Part shown: positions 45,023 to 54,517 of the stretch, piece by piece | How the letters are laid out: every line of letters starts with the position of its first letter | Numbering within the stretch: the stretch's first letter is position 1 | Assembly (NCBI GenBank): GCA_963813335.1 | Contig: CAWEYL010000003.1 | Location: 96,001-160,000, forward strand | Reading direction: 5' to 3' | Source of the DNA: an uncultured Chloroflexia bacterium | GTDB taxonomy: Bacteria; Chloroflexota; Limnocylindria; Limnocylindrales; CSP1-4 | DNA length: 64,000 bases | The notes under the pieces: model-generated | Databases searched by the model: none | The model's input: only the letters and a program-made list of their open reading frames with translations | Told to the model about the DNA's origin: nothing | Translations under genes and position numbers: made by a program

Positions 45023-45366
45023 CCCGGCGGCCATTCGAAGGGGCGGCCGCCCATCAGGTGGAGGTGCAGGTGGTCGACCGTCTGGCCGCCCCACCGTCCG
45101 ACGTTCGTCACCAGCCGATAGCCCGAGTCGGCGATGCCCTGCTCCCGGGCGACGGCGGCCGCGACCGCGAACAGCCGACCCAGCAGCGGGCCGTCCGCCT
45201 CGGTCAGGTCTGCCGCCGACGCGATGTGCTCGCGGGGGATCACCAGGATGTGCGTCGGGGCGCGCGGCGCGACGTCGCGGAACGCGATCACGTGCTCGTC
45301 CTCGTGGACGCGCGTGGACGGGATCTCGTCAGCGACGATCCGGCAGAACAGGCACGCGTCGGGCAC
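45019..45366 (-). CDS. hit: Histidine triad nucleotide-binding protein
   Basis: CLFCRIV, AFRDVAPRAPTHILVIP, GQTVDHLHLHLMGG; GGAGG RBS. Confidence 0.93.
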   Translation of the reverse strand: MPDACLFCRIVADEIPSTRVHEDEHVIAFRDVAPRAPTHILVIPREHIASAADLTEADGPLLGRLFAVAAAVAREQGIADSGYRLVTNVGRWGGQTVDHLHLHLMGGRPFEWPPG

Positions 45367-45383
45367 GGCTCCTCCTTGCTCGC

Positions 45384-45842
45384 TCACCACAGTATCGGCT
45401 TGGAGCTCATCAGGAAGCCGATCGTGCCGACGAGGCCGGCCATCAGGTACGACACGTAGCGCTGCCGGCGGGCGCGGTCCTTCCAGACCTCGTCGTCCGC
45501 CGCGGCCGTCACGCCGACCAGCCGCCGGAGGTTCGGTCGCTGGACGAAGAACGCGATGGCCAGGTTCGCGAAGTAGATCGTGAGCGCCAGCAGCAGCCAC
45601 GGCTGCTGGAGCATCGTCGAGCCGAGGACGGCGACGAGCCCGAGCCCGGTCAGCGCCAGCCCGAGCCCGATGACGAGCGTGCCATGGCTCTGGCCCCAGA
45701 GCAGGACGTGCACCACCCGGTTGTCCGAGTCGACGGTCGCGCGCCGCGTCCGCAGCGCGAACGGCAGCAGGATCGACGGCAGGAACAGGCTGATCGCGAG
45801 CGTGATGTGCGTCACGAGCAGGATCGGGAAGAGGTTCGGCAT
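45384..45842 (-). CDS. 4-TM membrane protein (DUF2269-like)
   Basis: His in TM1, four hydrophobic helices, C-terminal FLMSSKP. Confidence 0.7.
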   Translation of the reverse strand: MPNLFPILLVTHITLAISLFLPSILLPFALRTRRATVDSDNRVVHVLLWGQSHGTLVIGLGLALTGLGLVAVLGSTMLQQPWLLLALTIYFANLAIAFFVQRPNLRRLVGVTAAADDEVWKDRARRQRYVSYLMAGLVGTIGFLMSSKPILW

Positions 45843-45870
45843 GGAGCGCGATTGTAGGGTGGCGGACCGC

Positions 45871-46821
45871 TCAGGCCGGTCGGTGCGCCTCCAGCGCGAC
45901 CCAGTCACCTTCGTCGAGACGGCGGTCGACGACCAGCCCCGCCGCCTCGAAGGCGGCGCGGACCTCGGCCTCGCGGTCGATGAAGATCCCCGACGCGACG
46001 AGGATCCCGCCGGGCCGCAGCTCGTCGTGCAGCGGCGCGGCCAGCGGCACGAGCACGCCGGCGATCAGGTTGGCCACGACGACGTCGAACGCCGGTTCGC
46101 CGCTCGGCAGGCTGCCCACGCGAGCGCGGATCCGCCGCGCGATGCCGTTCCGCTTCGCGTTGGCCGCGGTGGCCTCGATCGCGATCGGGTCGATGTCGAC
46201 GCCGACGGCCCGTGCCGCCCCGAGCCGGATCGCCGCGATGGCCAGGATCCCGGAGCCGCACCCGACATCGAGGACGCGGGCGCCGCCGAGGGCCGTGCCG
46301 CGGTCGGCGACCGCCTCGAGTGCCGCGAGGCACAGCCGCGTCGTCGGGTGGAGCCCGGTCCCGAACGCCATCCCCGGGTCCAGCGCGAGCACGAGCTCGT
46401 CCGCCACGGCCTTGTGGCGTCGCCAGGTCGGGCGGATGACCAGTCGCCGACCGACGCGCAGCACCGGGAAGTACGCCTTCCAGGCATTAGCCCAGTCGGC
46501 CTCGTGGACGATCCGCGTGCGGAGCTCGCCGATGGGCCGCAGCCCGAACGCCTGGAGGTGGCCGAGCGCGTCGGCGATCGACGCCGCCTGGGCCTCGGCC
46601 GCCGCGGGGTCACGGGCCGGGAGATAGGCGCGGATCGTGGCCGGTCGGGTCGGGTCGATCCGCGCGCCGAGGCCCTCCTCGACGAGCTCGAAGGCGGGCT
46701 CCACGGCCACGCCGCCGGGTGCCGCCCGTCCCAGGATCTCGCTGATCGCCTCGACCGCCTCGACGTCCGCCTCGACCGAGAGCTCGAGCCAGGCGCCCTG
46801 TCCGTCCGCCGCCGCGCTCAC
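45871..46821 (-). CDS. prmA: 50S ribosomal protein L11 methyltransferase
   Basis: DWANAWKAYF, LDPGMAFGTGLHPTTRLC, VLDVGCGSGILAI, VVANL, SGI. Confidence 0.95.
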   Translation of the reverse strand: MSAAADGQGAWLELSVEADVEAVEAISEILGRAAPGGVAVEPAFELVEEGLGARIDPTRPATIRAYLPARDPAAAEAQAASIADALGHLQAFGLRPIGELRTRIVHEADWANAWKAYFPVLRVGRRLVIRPTWRRHKAVADELVLALDPGMAFGTGLHPTTRLCLAALEAVADRGTALGGARVLDVGCGSGILAIAAIRLGAARAVGVDIDPIAIEATAANAKRNGIARRIRARVGSLPSGEPAFDVVVANLIAGVLVPLAAPLHDELRPGGILVASGIFIDREAEVRAAFEAAGLVVDRRLDEGDWVALEAHRPA

Positions 46822-47930
46822 CCCAGCCCGAGCTTCTCGCGGATGCCGCCGGCGCCGTGGACCTCTTCCCCGCCCTCGGCGGCCAGCTCGGTCAGCAGCT
46901 CGCGCTGGCGTTTCGTGAGCTTCGTCGGCACGACCACGTCGACGAGCACGTGGAGGTCGCCCTTCGAGCCCGCCCGACGGAGATGGGCGACGCCCTTGCC
47001 GCGGAGGCGGATCTCCGTGTCGGGCTGGGTGCCCGGCTTGATCTCGACCTCCTCCTCGCCGTCGACGGTCGGGACCTTGATCTTCGTCCCGAGGGCGGCC
47101 TGGGCGATCGTCACGGTCGCCTCGAAGTAGAGCTCGGTGCCGTCGCGCTTGAGGGTCGGGTGCTCGGCGACATGGACGGCGACGTAGAGGCTGCCGGGCG
47201 GCCCGCCACGCGGCCCCACCTCACCCTCGCCCGAGAGGCGGATCTGGTGGCCCTCGTCGATGCCGGCGGGGATCGTGACGCGCAGCGTCCGCTTGCGCTC
47301 GGTGCGGCCGTCGCCCTTGCACGTCTCGCATGGCGTCTCGACGATCTTGCCTTCGCCGCGACAGCGCGGGCACGCCGCCACGTTGACCATCTGGCCGAGC
47401 ATCGTCTGGCGGACGCTGCGGACCTCGCCGCGGCCGTTGCACTGCGGACAGGTCGCCGCCTCGGTGCCCTCCTTCGCGCCCGTGCCATGGCAGGTCTCGC
47501 AGGACTGGAGGGCGCGGAACTCGATCTCGCGCTCGACGCCCCTGACCGCCTCCTCGAAGGTGATCCGCAGGTCGTAGCGCAGGTCCGCGCCGGGCTGCGG
47601 GCGTCCGCGCCGGGCCGCGCCGGCCGCCTGCCCGCCACCGAAGAACGCGTCGAAGATGTCGGAGAAGCCGCCGAAGCCCTCGAAGCCGGGCCCTGGACCG
47701 CCGCCGACGCCCGCCTTGCCGAAGGTGTCGTAGCGCTGGCGCTGTTCCGGGTCGGACAGGACCTGGTAGGCCTCGTTGATCTCCTTGAAGCGCTCGTGTG
47801 CCGCCGGGTCCTGGCTGACGTCCGGGTGCCACTGCTGGGCGAGCTTGCGGAAGGCGCGCTTGATCTCGGCGTCGGACGCGTTGCGCGCGACGCCGAGGAG
47901 GGCGTAGTAGTCCTGTTCGGTGGTGGCCAT
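46818..47930 (-). CDS. dnaJ: Chaperone DnaJ
   Basis: J-domain with HPD, G/F region, four CxxCxGxG repeats. Confidence 0.97.
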   Translation of the reverse strand: MATTEQDYYALLGVARNASDAEIKRAFRKLAQQWHPDVSQDPAAHERFKEINEAYQVLSDPEQRQRYDTFGKAGVGGGPGPGFEGFGGFSDIFDAFFGGGQAAGAARRGRPQPGADLRYDLRITFEEAVRGVEREIEFRALQSCETCHGTGAKEGTEAATCPQCNGRGEVRSVRQTMLGQMVNVAACPRCRGEGKIVETPCETCKGDGRTERKRTLRVTIPAGIDEGHQIRLSGEGEVGPRGGPPGSLYVAVHVAEHPTLKRDGTELYFEATVTIAQAALGTKIKVPTVDGEEEVEIKPGTQPDTEIRLRGKGVAHLRRAGSKGDLHVLVDVVVPTKLTKRQRELLTELAAEGGEEVHGAGGIREKLGLG

Positions 47931-48022
47931 CGAGCGCCAAGGATACGGGAGGTCGCGGTCGCGCCCCGGACGGTCCGGTCGGCGCGCTACGCTGCGCGGG
48001 TCGACCGCCCGCCGGAGGACCG

Positions 48023-48853
48023 ATGACCGAGGCGCCCCGCCTGTCCGTCGCCATCACCGTCGACCACGACGCCATGTCCGATTCGATCCGCCGCGGCGAC
48101 CCGCCGGTGAAGCTGAGCCACGCCGAGTTCGGGCCGCGCGTGGGGTCGAAGCGGCTGCTCGAGCTGTTCGCTCGGCGCGGCATCCCGACGACGTGGTTCG
48201 TGCCCGGCCACACGCTGACGACCTTCACCGATGACACCGAGGCGCTGGTGGCCGGCGGCCACGAGATCGCCTGCCACGGCTGGTTCCACGAGGACTTCGC
48301 GACGCTCGCGAGCGACGAGGCGACCGAGATCCTGGAGCGCGGGGTCGAGGCGGTCTGGGCCGTGACGGGCGCGGCGCCGGCCGGGTTCCGGGCGCCGTAC
48401 TGGTCGATGGGGGCGAGGACGGCCGAGCTGGTCGAGCGGGCCGGGTTCGCCTACGACAGCTCGCTGATGGCCGGCGACTACGCGCCGTACCGCGTACGTC
48501 ACGGCGACCGGCACTCCCCGGCAGACGGGAGCTCTTGGGGCCGGCCCGGTTCGCTGGTCGAGGTGCCGGTCTACTGGGCGATGGACGACTGGCCGCACTT
48601 CGAGCCGCGCGAGGGCGGCGGCGGGCTGTCGGCGCCGTCGGCGGTGCTGGAGATCTGGACCGAGGAGCTGCGCTACGCCTCGGAGCACGCGCCCGGCGGC
48701 CTGGTCATGGTGACGGTGCATCCCGAGTGCATCGGGCGCGGCCACCGGATGGCCATGCTGGAGCGCTTCATCGACGCGGCCGAGGCGATCCCGGGCGCGA
48801 CCTTCGAACGGCTGGATGCCGTCGTCAGCCGGTGGTCGGCCGCGAATCCGTGA
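48023..48853 (+). CDS. Polysaccharide deacetylase family protein (PgdA/PuuE-like CE4)
   Basis: ITVDHD, TTWFVPG, HEIACHGWFHE, GFRAPYW, YDSSLM, VTVHP. Confidence 0.85.
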   Translation: MTEAPRLSVAITVDHDAMSDSIRRGDPPVKLSHAEFGPRVGSKRLLELFARRGIPTTWFVPGHTLTTFTDDTEALVAGGHEIACHGWFHEDFATLASDEATEILERGVEAVWAVTGAAPAGFRAPYWSMGARTAELVERAGFAYDSSLMAGDYAPYRVRHGDRHSPADGSSWGRPGSLVEVPVYWAMDDWPHFEPREGGGGLSAPSAVLEIWTEELRYASEHAPGGLVMVTVHPECIGRGHRMAMLERFIDAAEAIPGATFERLDAVVSRWSAANP

Positions 48854-49413
48854 CCGCGGGTCGGACGCGGTCGGGCTTCCTGCTGACGATCGTGGCCGGC
48901 CTGTTGGCAGCCTGTACGTCCGTGACGCCCACGCTGCGTCCGACGCCTCTGCCGTCGATCGCGTCCGCCAGCCCCGCGGCCGTCGGCGTTCCCGTCTCGG
49001 TGCGGTTCGCCGGCAAGATCAACTGTGCGACATTTCCGTATTCCTGCTCCGGGATCCTGAGCGTGCTTGAGCCTGGCGTCGCGGTCGACGAGACCTGGCG
49101 GCCGCCGGCGTCCGACGTCAGGTGGCTCCCCAGGTCCGGCGGATACGACAAGGACACGGACCACCTCGACCCGACCGCGGTCGGTGCCGTTCCGACCCTG
49201 GCGGTCGGGACCCATCAGGTCGTCATCTCGCTCCTCGGATCGTCCGACGCGATCTCCTTCGCGCCGGATGGCACGATCGCCACCGACCTGCTTTCCCGCT
49301 GCTCCGCCGACGTGGATGTCACGCCGTCCACCAGTCAGGTCTCGATCCTGGTCACCTTCACGCCCGACGGGCAGACCTACGGCGGGACCTGCACCGTCAA
49401 GGTCGAACCTTGA
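48850..49413 (+). CDS. Putative lipoprotein
   Basis: Lipobox LAAC; GTGA overlap with the deacetylase; two Cys pairs in the mature part. Confidence 0.6.
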   Translation: MTAGRTRSGFLLTIVAGLLAACTSVTPTLRPTPLPSIASASPAAVGVPVSVRFAGKINCATFPYSCSGILSVLEPGVAVDETWRPPASDVRWLPRSGGYDKDTDHLDPTAVGAVPTLAVGTHQVVISLLGSSDAISFAPDGTIATDLLSRCSADVDVTPSTSQVSILVTFTPDGQTYGGTCTVKVEP

Positions 49414-49414
49414 G

Positions 49415-49972
49415 CTAGCTCGGGCATTCGAAGACGGTCCCGGTCACGTCCATCGTGCCCTTGAGATGGATGACGCCGTCCGTGCCGGTCACGTCGTTGT
49501 CGAGCGTCCAGCCGCACGGGAGCTGCGTCCCGCTGGCGTCCTTCATGTGCACCTGCGCGCCCGTGCCCTTGTACGAGCCCGACTTGAGCTCCGGTGCGCC
49601 ACTCGTGAACGTGATCGTCCCGTCGGCGAGGACCGAGATGCTGCCGAACGTCCCCTTGTCCGAATTCAAGGTGACGCCGCCGGTGCCGATATCCGCGGCG
49701 TTCCCCGGCTGCCAGGTCCAGGTCGCGTCGTAGAGTCCGGAGCTGACCAGGCTGCCGGTGACGTTGGTCCCGCCCGGCGAGCCAGCGCCGCCACTGTCCA
49801 CCGATGCGCCTGCACCCCCGGCTCCCGCGCCAGCGCCCGCGTCGGACGCCGTCGGGCCGCCACCGGCCCCGGCGGACGGACTCGAGGCATTGCCGCATGC
49901 GGCAAGCCCGAGCGCAACGGCAAGGAGGATGGGGGCGGATCTCCAAGCCGAAGGACTGACCGACTGGTGCAT
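49415..49972 (-). CDS. Putative lipoprotein (Gly/Ala linker plus small beta domain)
   Basis: Lipobox LAAC; GGAGG RBS. Confidence 0.65.
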   Translation of the reverse strand: MHQSVSPSAWRSAPILLAVALGLAACGNASSPSAGAGGGPTASDAGAGAGAGGAGASVDSGGAGSPGGTNVTGSLVSSGLYDATWTWQPGNAADIGTGGVTLNSDKGTFGSISVLADGTITFTSGAPELKSGSYKGTGAQVHMKDASGTQLPCGWTLDNDVTGTDGVIHLKGTMDVTGTVFECPS

Positions 49973-50164
49973 CTCAGGCCCTCCCGGCTCGCGGGGGGCT
50001 CAGCGCAGTGGTGAGACCACGCCGCGGCCGCGAATCCTAGGCTTGCCGGGTCTCGCGGTCAACGAGGTCAGTGCGGCAATCCCAGCATGGGAATGAGCGG
50101 GTGCCCCTCGCCAGGAGCAGGAGTTTCGTCGCGACCAGCAGGTCGGCTCTCTACGATGTGGGAC

Positions 50165-50695
50165 GTGGCAACGACGTACCGCTACCTTGCCGTGGGGTAT
50201 GAGGACGCGAGTATCCGGTCCTGGTTCGCGAACCTCGGTGCTGCCCCGTTCGTGGTCGACGCTGGGCGAGGCGCGTGGCTGCACTTTCGCGAGCTCGGTC
50301 CGCTTCTTCAGGACGACACGGGCAGCGTGGATGTCGAGGGGTCGCCCTTGGTCTCGCTCTTCTCGGCGATGGAGAGGCGTGGAGTCGTGTGGGCGGCCGG
50401 TGAAGTCCATTTCCTGACAAAGGGGCTTCCCCGTGCCTTTCCCGCCCTGGAGCGGGTGCGGCTCCAGTTCGAACGATGGATCCGATCGTTCGACCTCGTT
50501 TCGGATGGGAGACCTGGCGAATGGGATTACTTCCTGGAGGGCTCCCTACGCAATCACAGCGGGCCTATCTATGCCCTTCCTGATGCGATGGCCGCGCTTC
50601 GCGAAGGCATGTACTTCGTCTCGGAGGGCGATGGCGATGAGGTCCTCGATGTGCTTTGTCGCTCGCTGTCATTGCGAGGCATGGTCTGCAAGTAG
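50165..50695 (+). CDS. Hypothetical protein with atypical (lower-GC) codon usage
   Basis: Protein-like 176-aa ORF; TACGAT -10 lies 7 nt before GTG 50165 (ATG 50156 is an alternative start). Confidence 0.55.
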   Translation: MATTYRYLAVGYEDASIRSWFANLGAAPFVVDAGRGAWLHFRELGPLLQDDTGSVDVEGSPLVSLFSAMERRGVVWAAGEVHFLTKGLPRAFPALERVRLQFERWIRSFDLVSDGRPGEWDYFLEGSLRNHSGPIYALPDAMAALREGMYFVSEGDGDEVLDVLCRSLSLRGMVCK

Positions 50696-51367
50696 TCGCG
50701 CTCGGCCGAGAACCGCGTCGAACATCGACGGCGTGAGCCTCCCGGTGAAGGTGTTCTGCTGGCTTGGGTGGTAGGAGGCGAGCAGCGCGTACGGGCCGAC
50801 CCGAGCCTCCGCCATGTGACCGAACCTTGGCCGCGGCGCGACGACATGCCCCAGCTCCGCGAACGCTCGGATCGCCGCGTCCCAACCGAACTGGCCGAGC
50901 GCCACCACCACCCTCACCGACTCGAGCAGCGCCAGCTCGCGGACCAGGAACGGCGAGCAGGCGTCACGCTCGTCGGGCGTCGGCTTGTTGGCCGGCGGCG
51001 CGCAGCGGACGGCCGCGGCGATGTAGACATCGGTCAGCGTCAGCCCGTCGTCCGCGTGCCGGCTCGACGGCCGGTCCGCCAACCCCGACTCGAACAGCCG
51101 CGCCCACAGGAAGTCGCCCGACGCATCGCCCGTGAACACCCGCCCCGTCCGGTTGCCGCCGTGCGCCGCGGGCGCCAGCCCCAGCAGCAGGATCCGCGCG
51201 TCCGGATCGCCGAACCCGGGCAGCGGCCGGCCCCAGTACGTCTCGTCGCGGAACCGCGCGACCTTCTCGGCCGCGACCCGCTCGCGCCATTCGACCAGCC
51301 GCGGACAGCGCCGGCACGCGACGATCTCGCCGGACAGCGCCGCGAGGGCCGCCCGGTCGGTGCTCAC
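50669..51367 (-). CDS. Uracil-DNA glycosylase family 5 (UdgB-like, Fe-S)
   Basis: CRRCPRL, GLAPAAHGGNRTGRVFTGD, RCAPPANKP, YHPSQQNT. Confidence 0.92.
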   Translation of the reverse strand: MSTDRAALAALSGEIVACRRCPRLVEWRERVAAEKVARFRDETYWGRPLPGFGDPDARILLLGLAPAAHGGNRTGRVFTGDASGDFLWARLFESGLADRPSSRHADDGLTLTDVYIAAAVRCAPPANKPTPDERDACSPFLVRELALLESVRVVVALGQFGWDAAIRAFAELGHVVAPRPRFGHMAEARVGPYALLASYHPSQQNTFTGRLTPSMFDAVLGRARLLADHASQ

Positions 51368-52164
51368 TTGAGCAGCAGCTTGTCGAGCCGCCGTGAGGTC
51401 ACCGCCAGGCCGACCAGCCCCATCACGCTCAGGTATGCCACGTGGACCAGCAGGACCGGGCTGATGGCCCCGACCGTCAGCGACCGGATGAGGTCGACGC
51501 CCTGGTACAGCGGCGTCAGGCGGACGAATACCTGCAGGCCGGGCGGATAGGTCTCGATCGGGTAGAACGTCGCCGAGAACAGGAACATCGGCAGGATCAC
51601 CAGCTGGATCAGGTCGAAGTCCTGCCATGTCTTCATGAACGAGGTGGCGGCCATGCCGACCGCGCCGAACGCGAACCCGACGAGCAACGCCGCGGGGCCG
51701 GCGAGGATCACCCACGGCGAGACGACCAGCCCGAGCAGCGCCATCACGACCATGAACCCGATCGCGTACAGCCCGCCACGGATGAGCGCCCAGCCCAGCT
51801 CGCCGGTCGCGACATCGCCCGGCGACAGCGGCGTCGCGAGGATCGACGTGAAGGTCTTGTTGTAGTTGAGTTTGAAGAAGAAGTTGAACGTGCTCTCGGC
51901 GATCGCGCCGTTCATCGCGGCCGTGGCAAGCAGCGCCGGTGCCACGAAGAGCTGGTAGCTGATCGGCTGGCCATCGGGCCCCGGCACGGTCCCGATGAGC
52001 GCCCCGAGCCCGAACCCGATGCTGAGCAGGTAGAACAGCGGCTCGAAGAACCCCGAGAAGATGACCATCCAGCCGTGCCGGTAGACGTAGAGGTTGCGCT
52101 CGATCAGGCGCAGCGAGCGGCGGCTGCCGATGAGGAAGGTCGAGGTGATCGGGAGCGCCGTCAC
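51364..52164 (-). CDS. ABC-2 type exporter permease (NodJ-like)
   Basis: FEPLFYL, FVAPALLA, PMFLFSATFYP, TPLYQGV. Confidence 0.88.
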   Translation of the reverse strand: MTALPITSTFLIGSRRSLRLIERNLYVYRHGWMVIFSGFFEPLFYLLSIGFGLGALIGTVPGPDGQPISYQLFVAPALLATAAMNGAIAESTFNFFFKLNYNKTFTSILATPLSPGDVATGELGWALIRGGLYAIGFMVVMALLGLVVSPWVILAGPAALLVGFAFGAVGMAATSFMKTWQDFDLIQLVILPMFLFSATFYPIETYPPGLQVFVRLTPLYQGVDLIRSLTVGAISPVLLVHVAYLSVMGLVGLAVTSRRLDKLLLK

Positions 52165-52985
52165 CTGGGCACCATCCGCTTCTCGAGGAGCCGGAGGAGC
52201 GCGACGACCCCGATCGCGAACATGATCGACAGGTAGGCCACGTCGATGACCGCGGCGAGCGGGTCGGCCGACACGGTCCCCAGCGACAGCGCCCGGGTCA
52301 GCTCGACGCCGTGGAACAGCGGCGTCAGCCAGGCGACGACCTGGAGCGGCTCCGGCAGCGAGGAGATCGGGTAGAAGGTGCCGGAGAACAGGAAGAGCGG
52401 CAGGATCCCGAACCGGAAGATCGCGTTGAACTTGTTGGGGTTGTACTGGGTCGTGGCGAAGGCCGCGATCGGGGCCGCGAACGCCATGCCGGTCAGGACC
52501 GCGGCGGGGATGGCGAGGACGATCGTCGGAGCGGCGGCGGCTCCGAAGGCGATGATGACGAGCGTGAAGACGGTCGAGATCATCGTCAGTCGCGCCGCGA
52601 TCCAGGCGAGGTTGCCGGCCGCGATGTCACGGACCGAGATGGGCGTCGCGGCCATCGCGTGGAAGACCTTGTTCCACATGATCCCGGCCATGATCGGGAA
52701 GGTCGCCTCGAAGGCCGCGGACTGCATCGCCGTGGCCGCCAGCAGGCCCGGTGCCAGGAACTGGATGTAGGTGACGCCGCCGAGGGCGGCGTTGCTGCCG
52801 GCGTCGACGTACGTGCCCAGGCCGAGGCCCATCGCGGTGAGGAACAGCACCGGCGACAGGAACGAGCTGAACACGCTCGCGCGGAACGTGCGCTTGTACG
52901 AGAGCCAGCGATGCTCGAAGACGTGGACCGCCGGCGAGTCGGATCGCGGGTCGGCCGAGGGGCGCGCGGGCGCAGCGGCGGTCAT
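52161..52985 (-). CDS. ABC-2 type exporter permease (NodJ-like)
   Basis: FLSPVLFL, FLAPGLLA, PLFLFSGTFYP, TPLFHGVEL. Confidence 0.88.
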   Translation of the reverse strand: MTAAAPARPSADPRSDSPAVHVFEHRWLSYKRTFRASVFSSFLSPVLFLTAMGLGLGTYVDAGSNAALGGVTYIQFLAPGLLAATAMQSAAFEATFPIMAGIMWNKVFHAMAATPISVRDIAAGNLAWIAARLTMISTVFTLVIIAFGAAAAPTIVLAIPAAVLTGMAFAAPIAAFATTQYNPNKFNAIFRFGILPLFLFSGTFYPISSLPEPLQVVAWLTPLFHGVELTRALSLGTVSADPLAAVIDVAYLSIMFAIGVVALLRLLEKRMVPR

Positions 52986-52997
52986 CGGTCCGTCCGC

Positions 52998-53933
52998 CTA
53001 CTCGATGAGCGAGCGGCCGGTGAGCCGGAGGAACACGTCCTCGAGCGACGACCGGCGGACGAGGACGGCCTCGGGTCGAAGCCCGCGCTCGTGGACGGCC
53101 GCGACGGCGGCCTCGCCGTCGTCGGTGTACAGCAGCACCCGGTCTGCCAGGTGCTCGATCCGCTGGGCGATCCCGTCGAGCCGGCCGTCCAGCGTCTCGG
53201 CGAAGCCCGGCTCGAAGCGGAGCTCCGTGACCTCACGGGTCGAGTACTGCTCGATCAGCGATCGCGGGCTGCCCTCGGCGACGATCCTCGCCTTGTCCAT
53301 CACGACCAGCCGGTCGCACAGCTGCTCGGCCTCGTCCATGTAGTGGGTGGTCAGGACCAGGGTCACGCCACGCTGCTTGAGGCGGTACAGGCGGTCCCAC
53401 AGGAGGTGGCGTGCCTGGGGGTCGAGGCCCGTCGTCGGCTCGTCGAGGAGGAGCAGGCTCGGCTCGTTGATGAGCGCCCGGGCGATCGTCAGGCGCCGCT
53501 TCATGCCACCCGACAGCGGCTCGACCTCGTCCTTCGCGCGCTCCGTGAGCTGGGCGAAATCGAGGAGCTCGTCGGCCCGCCGGCCGATCTCCTTCCAGTC
53601 GAGCCCGAAGTAGCGCCCGTAGATGAGCAGGTTCTCGCGCACCGTCAGCTCGGTGTCGAGCGTGTCCTGCTGCGGCACCACGCCGAGCCGGGCGCGGATC
53701 CGCGGACCGTCGGTGGTCGGGTCCATGCCCATGACCGTGAGCTCGCCCGACGTCATCGGCGAGACGCAGCCGATCATCCGCATCGTCGAGGTCTTGCCCG
53801 CGCCATTCGGCCCGAGGAATCCGAAGGATTCGCCGGGGGCGACATCGAAGTCGACGGCGTCCACCGCGGTGAAGTCGCCGAAGCGCTTGGTCAGGCGGCG
53901 GGCATGGATGAGCGCGGGGTCGGGATCGGGCAT
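52998..53933 (-). CDS. ABC-2 exporter ATP-binding protein (NodI/DrrA-like)
   Basis: GPNGAGKTS, LSGGMKRR, LLDEPTTGLDPQAR, TTHYMDEAE, SLEDVFL. Confidence 0.92.
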   Translation of the reverse strand: MPDPDPALIHARRLTKRFGDFTAVDAVDFDVAPGESFGFLGPNGAGKTSTMRMIGCVSPMTSGELTVMGMDPTTDGPRIRARLGVVPQQDTLDTELTVRENLLIYGRYFGLDWKEIGRRADELLDFAQLTERAKDEVEPLSGGMKRRLTIARALINEPSLLLLDEPTTGLDPQARHLLWDRLYRLKQRGVTLVLTTHYMDEAEQLCDRLVVMDKARIVAEGSPRSLIEQYSTREVTELRFEPGFAETLDGRLDGIAQRIEHLADRVLLYTDDGEAAVAAVHERGLRPEAVLVRRSSLEDVFLRLTGRSLIE

Positions 53934-54031
53934 CGGACGGGGCATGGTACCGCGTCGCGACGCTGGACAAAACGTGCTACGCTGCGGTAGCACGGAATCA
54001 GAAGACCCCGCGCGACATGCAGGAGTCCCTC

Positions 54032-54517
54032 ATGGCCGAGATCCCGAAGCCGGTCGCGGAGCTGCTCGATGCGGCGCTCGTGGGCGAGCTCACCGTCGTC
54101 GACGGCGACGGCCGACCCGTCACCTACCCGCTCATCCCGCTGTGGGACGGGGAGCGCGTGTACATGACCTCGTCGATCCTCTTCAGCCGGAAGCTCGAGC
54201 ACATCAACAGCAATGCCAAGGTGTCGGTCTCGATCACCGACCCCATCGCGGTCGGCGGCCGGCGCGACCGCGCGCTGATCCAGGGAGACGCCCGCGTCAT
54301 CGACGACGACCCGCACGGCGGATGGGAGCGCCTCCTCCCGATCTGGGAGGCCAAGGAGCCGGCGATCGTCGCGTTCCTGAAGGTCCGGGTCGCCCTGCCG
54401 CTGTTCTTCGAGCGCGCGCTCATCGAGGTCACCCCGCGGCGCGTCCTGTACTGGTCGGACGGCGACGCCGCGACGGCACCGCAGGAGACCCTGGTCTCCG
54501 TCGGGGAGGCGGCGTGA
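54032..54517 (+). CDS. Pyridoxamine 5'-phosphate oxidase-like split-barrel flavin/F420-binding protein
   Basis: LTVVDGDGRPVTYP, RKLEHINSNAKVSVS, LIQGDARV, IEVTPRRV; AGGAG RBS. Confidence 0.82.
   Translation: MAEIPKPVAELLDAALVGELTVVDGDGRPVTYPLIPLWDGERVYMTSSILFSRKLEHINSNAKVSVSITDPIAVGGRRDRALIQGDARVIDDDPHGGWERLLPIWEAKEPAIVAFLKVRVALPLFFERALIEVTPRRVLYWSDGDAATAPQETLVSVGEAA

Noticed and set aside
51364-53933. NodIJ-like exporter plus CE4 deacetylases as Nod-factor synthesis
   Set aside because: No nodA/nodC homologues; this ABC-2 type is widespread in non-symbionts
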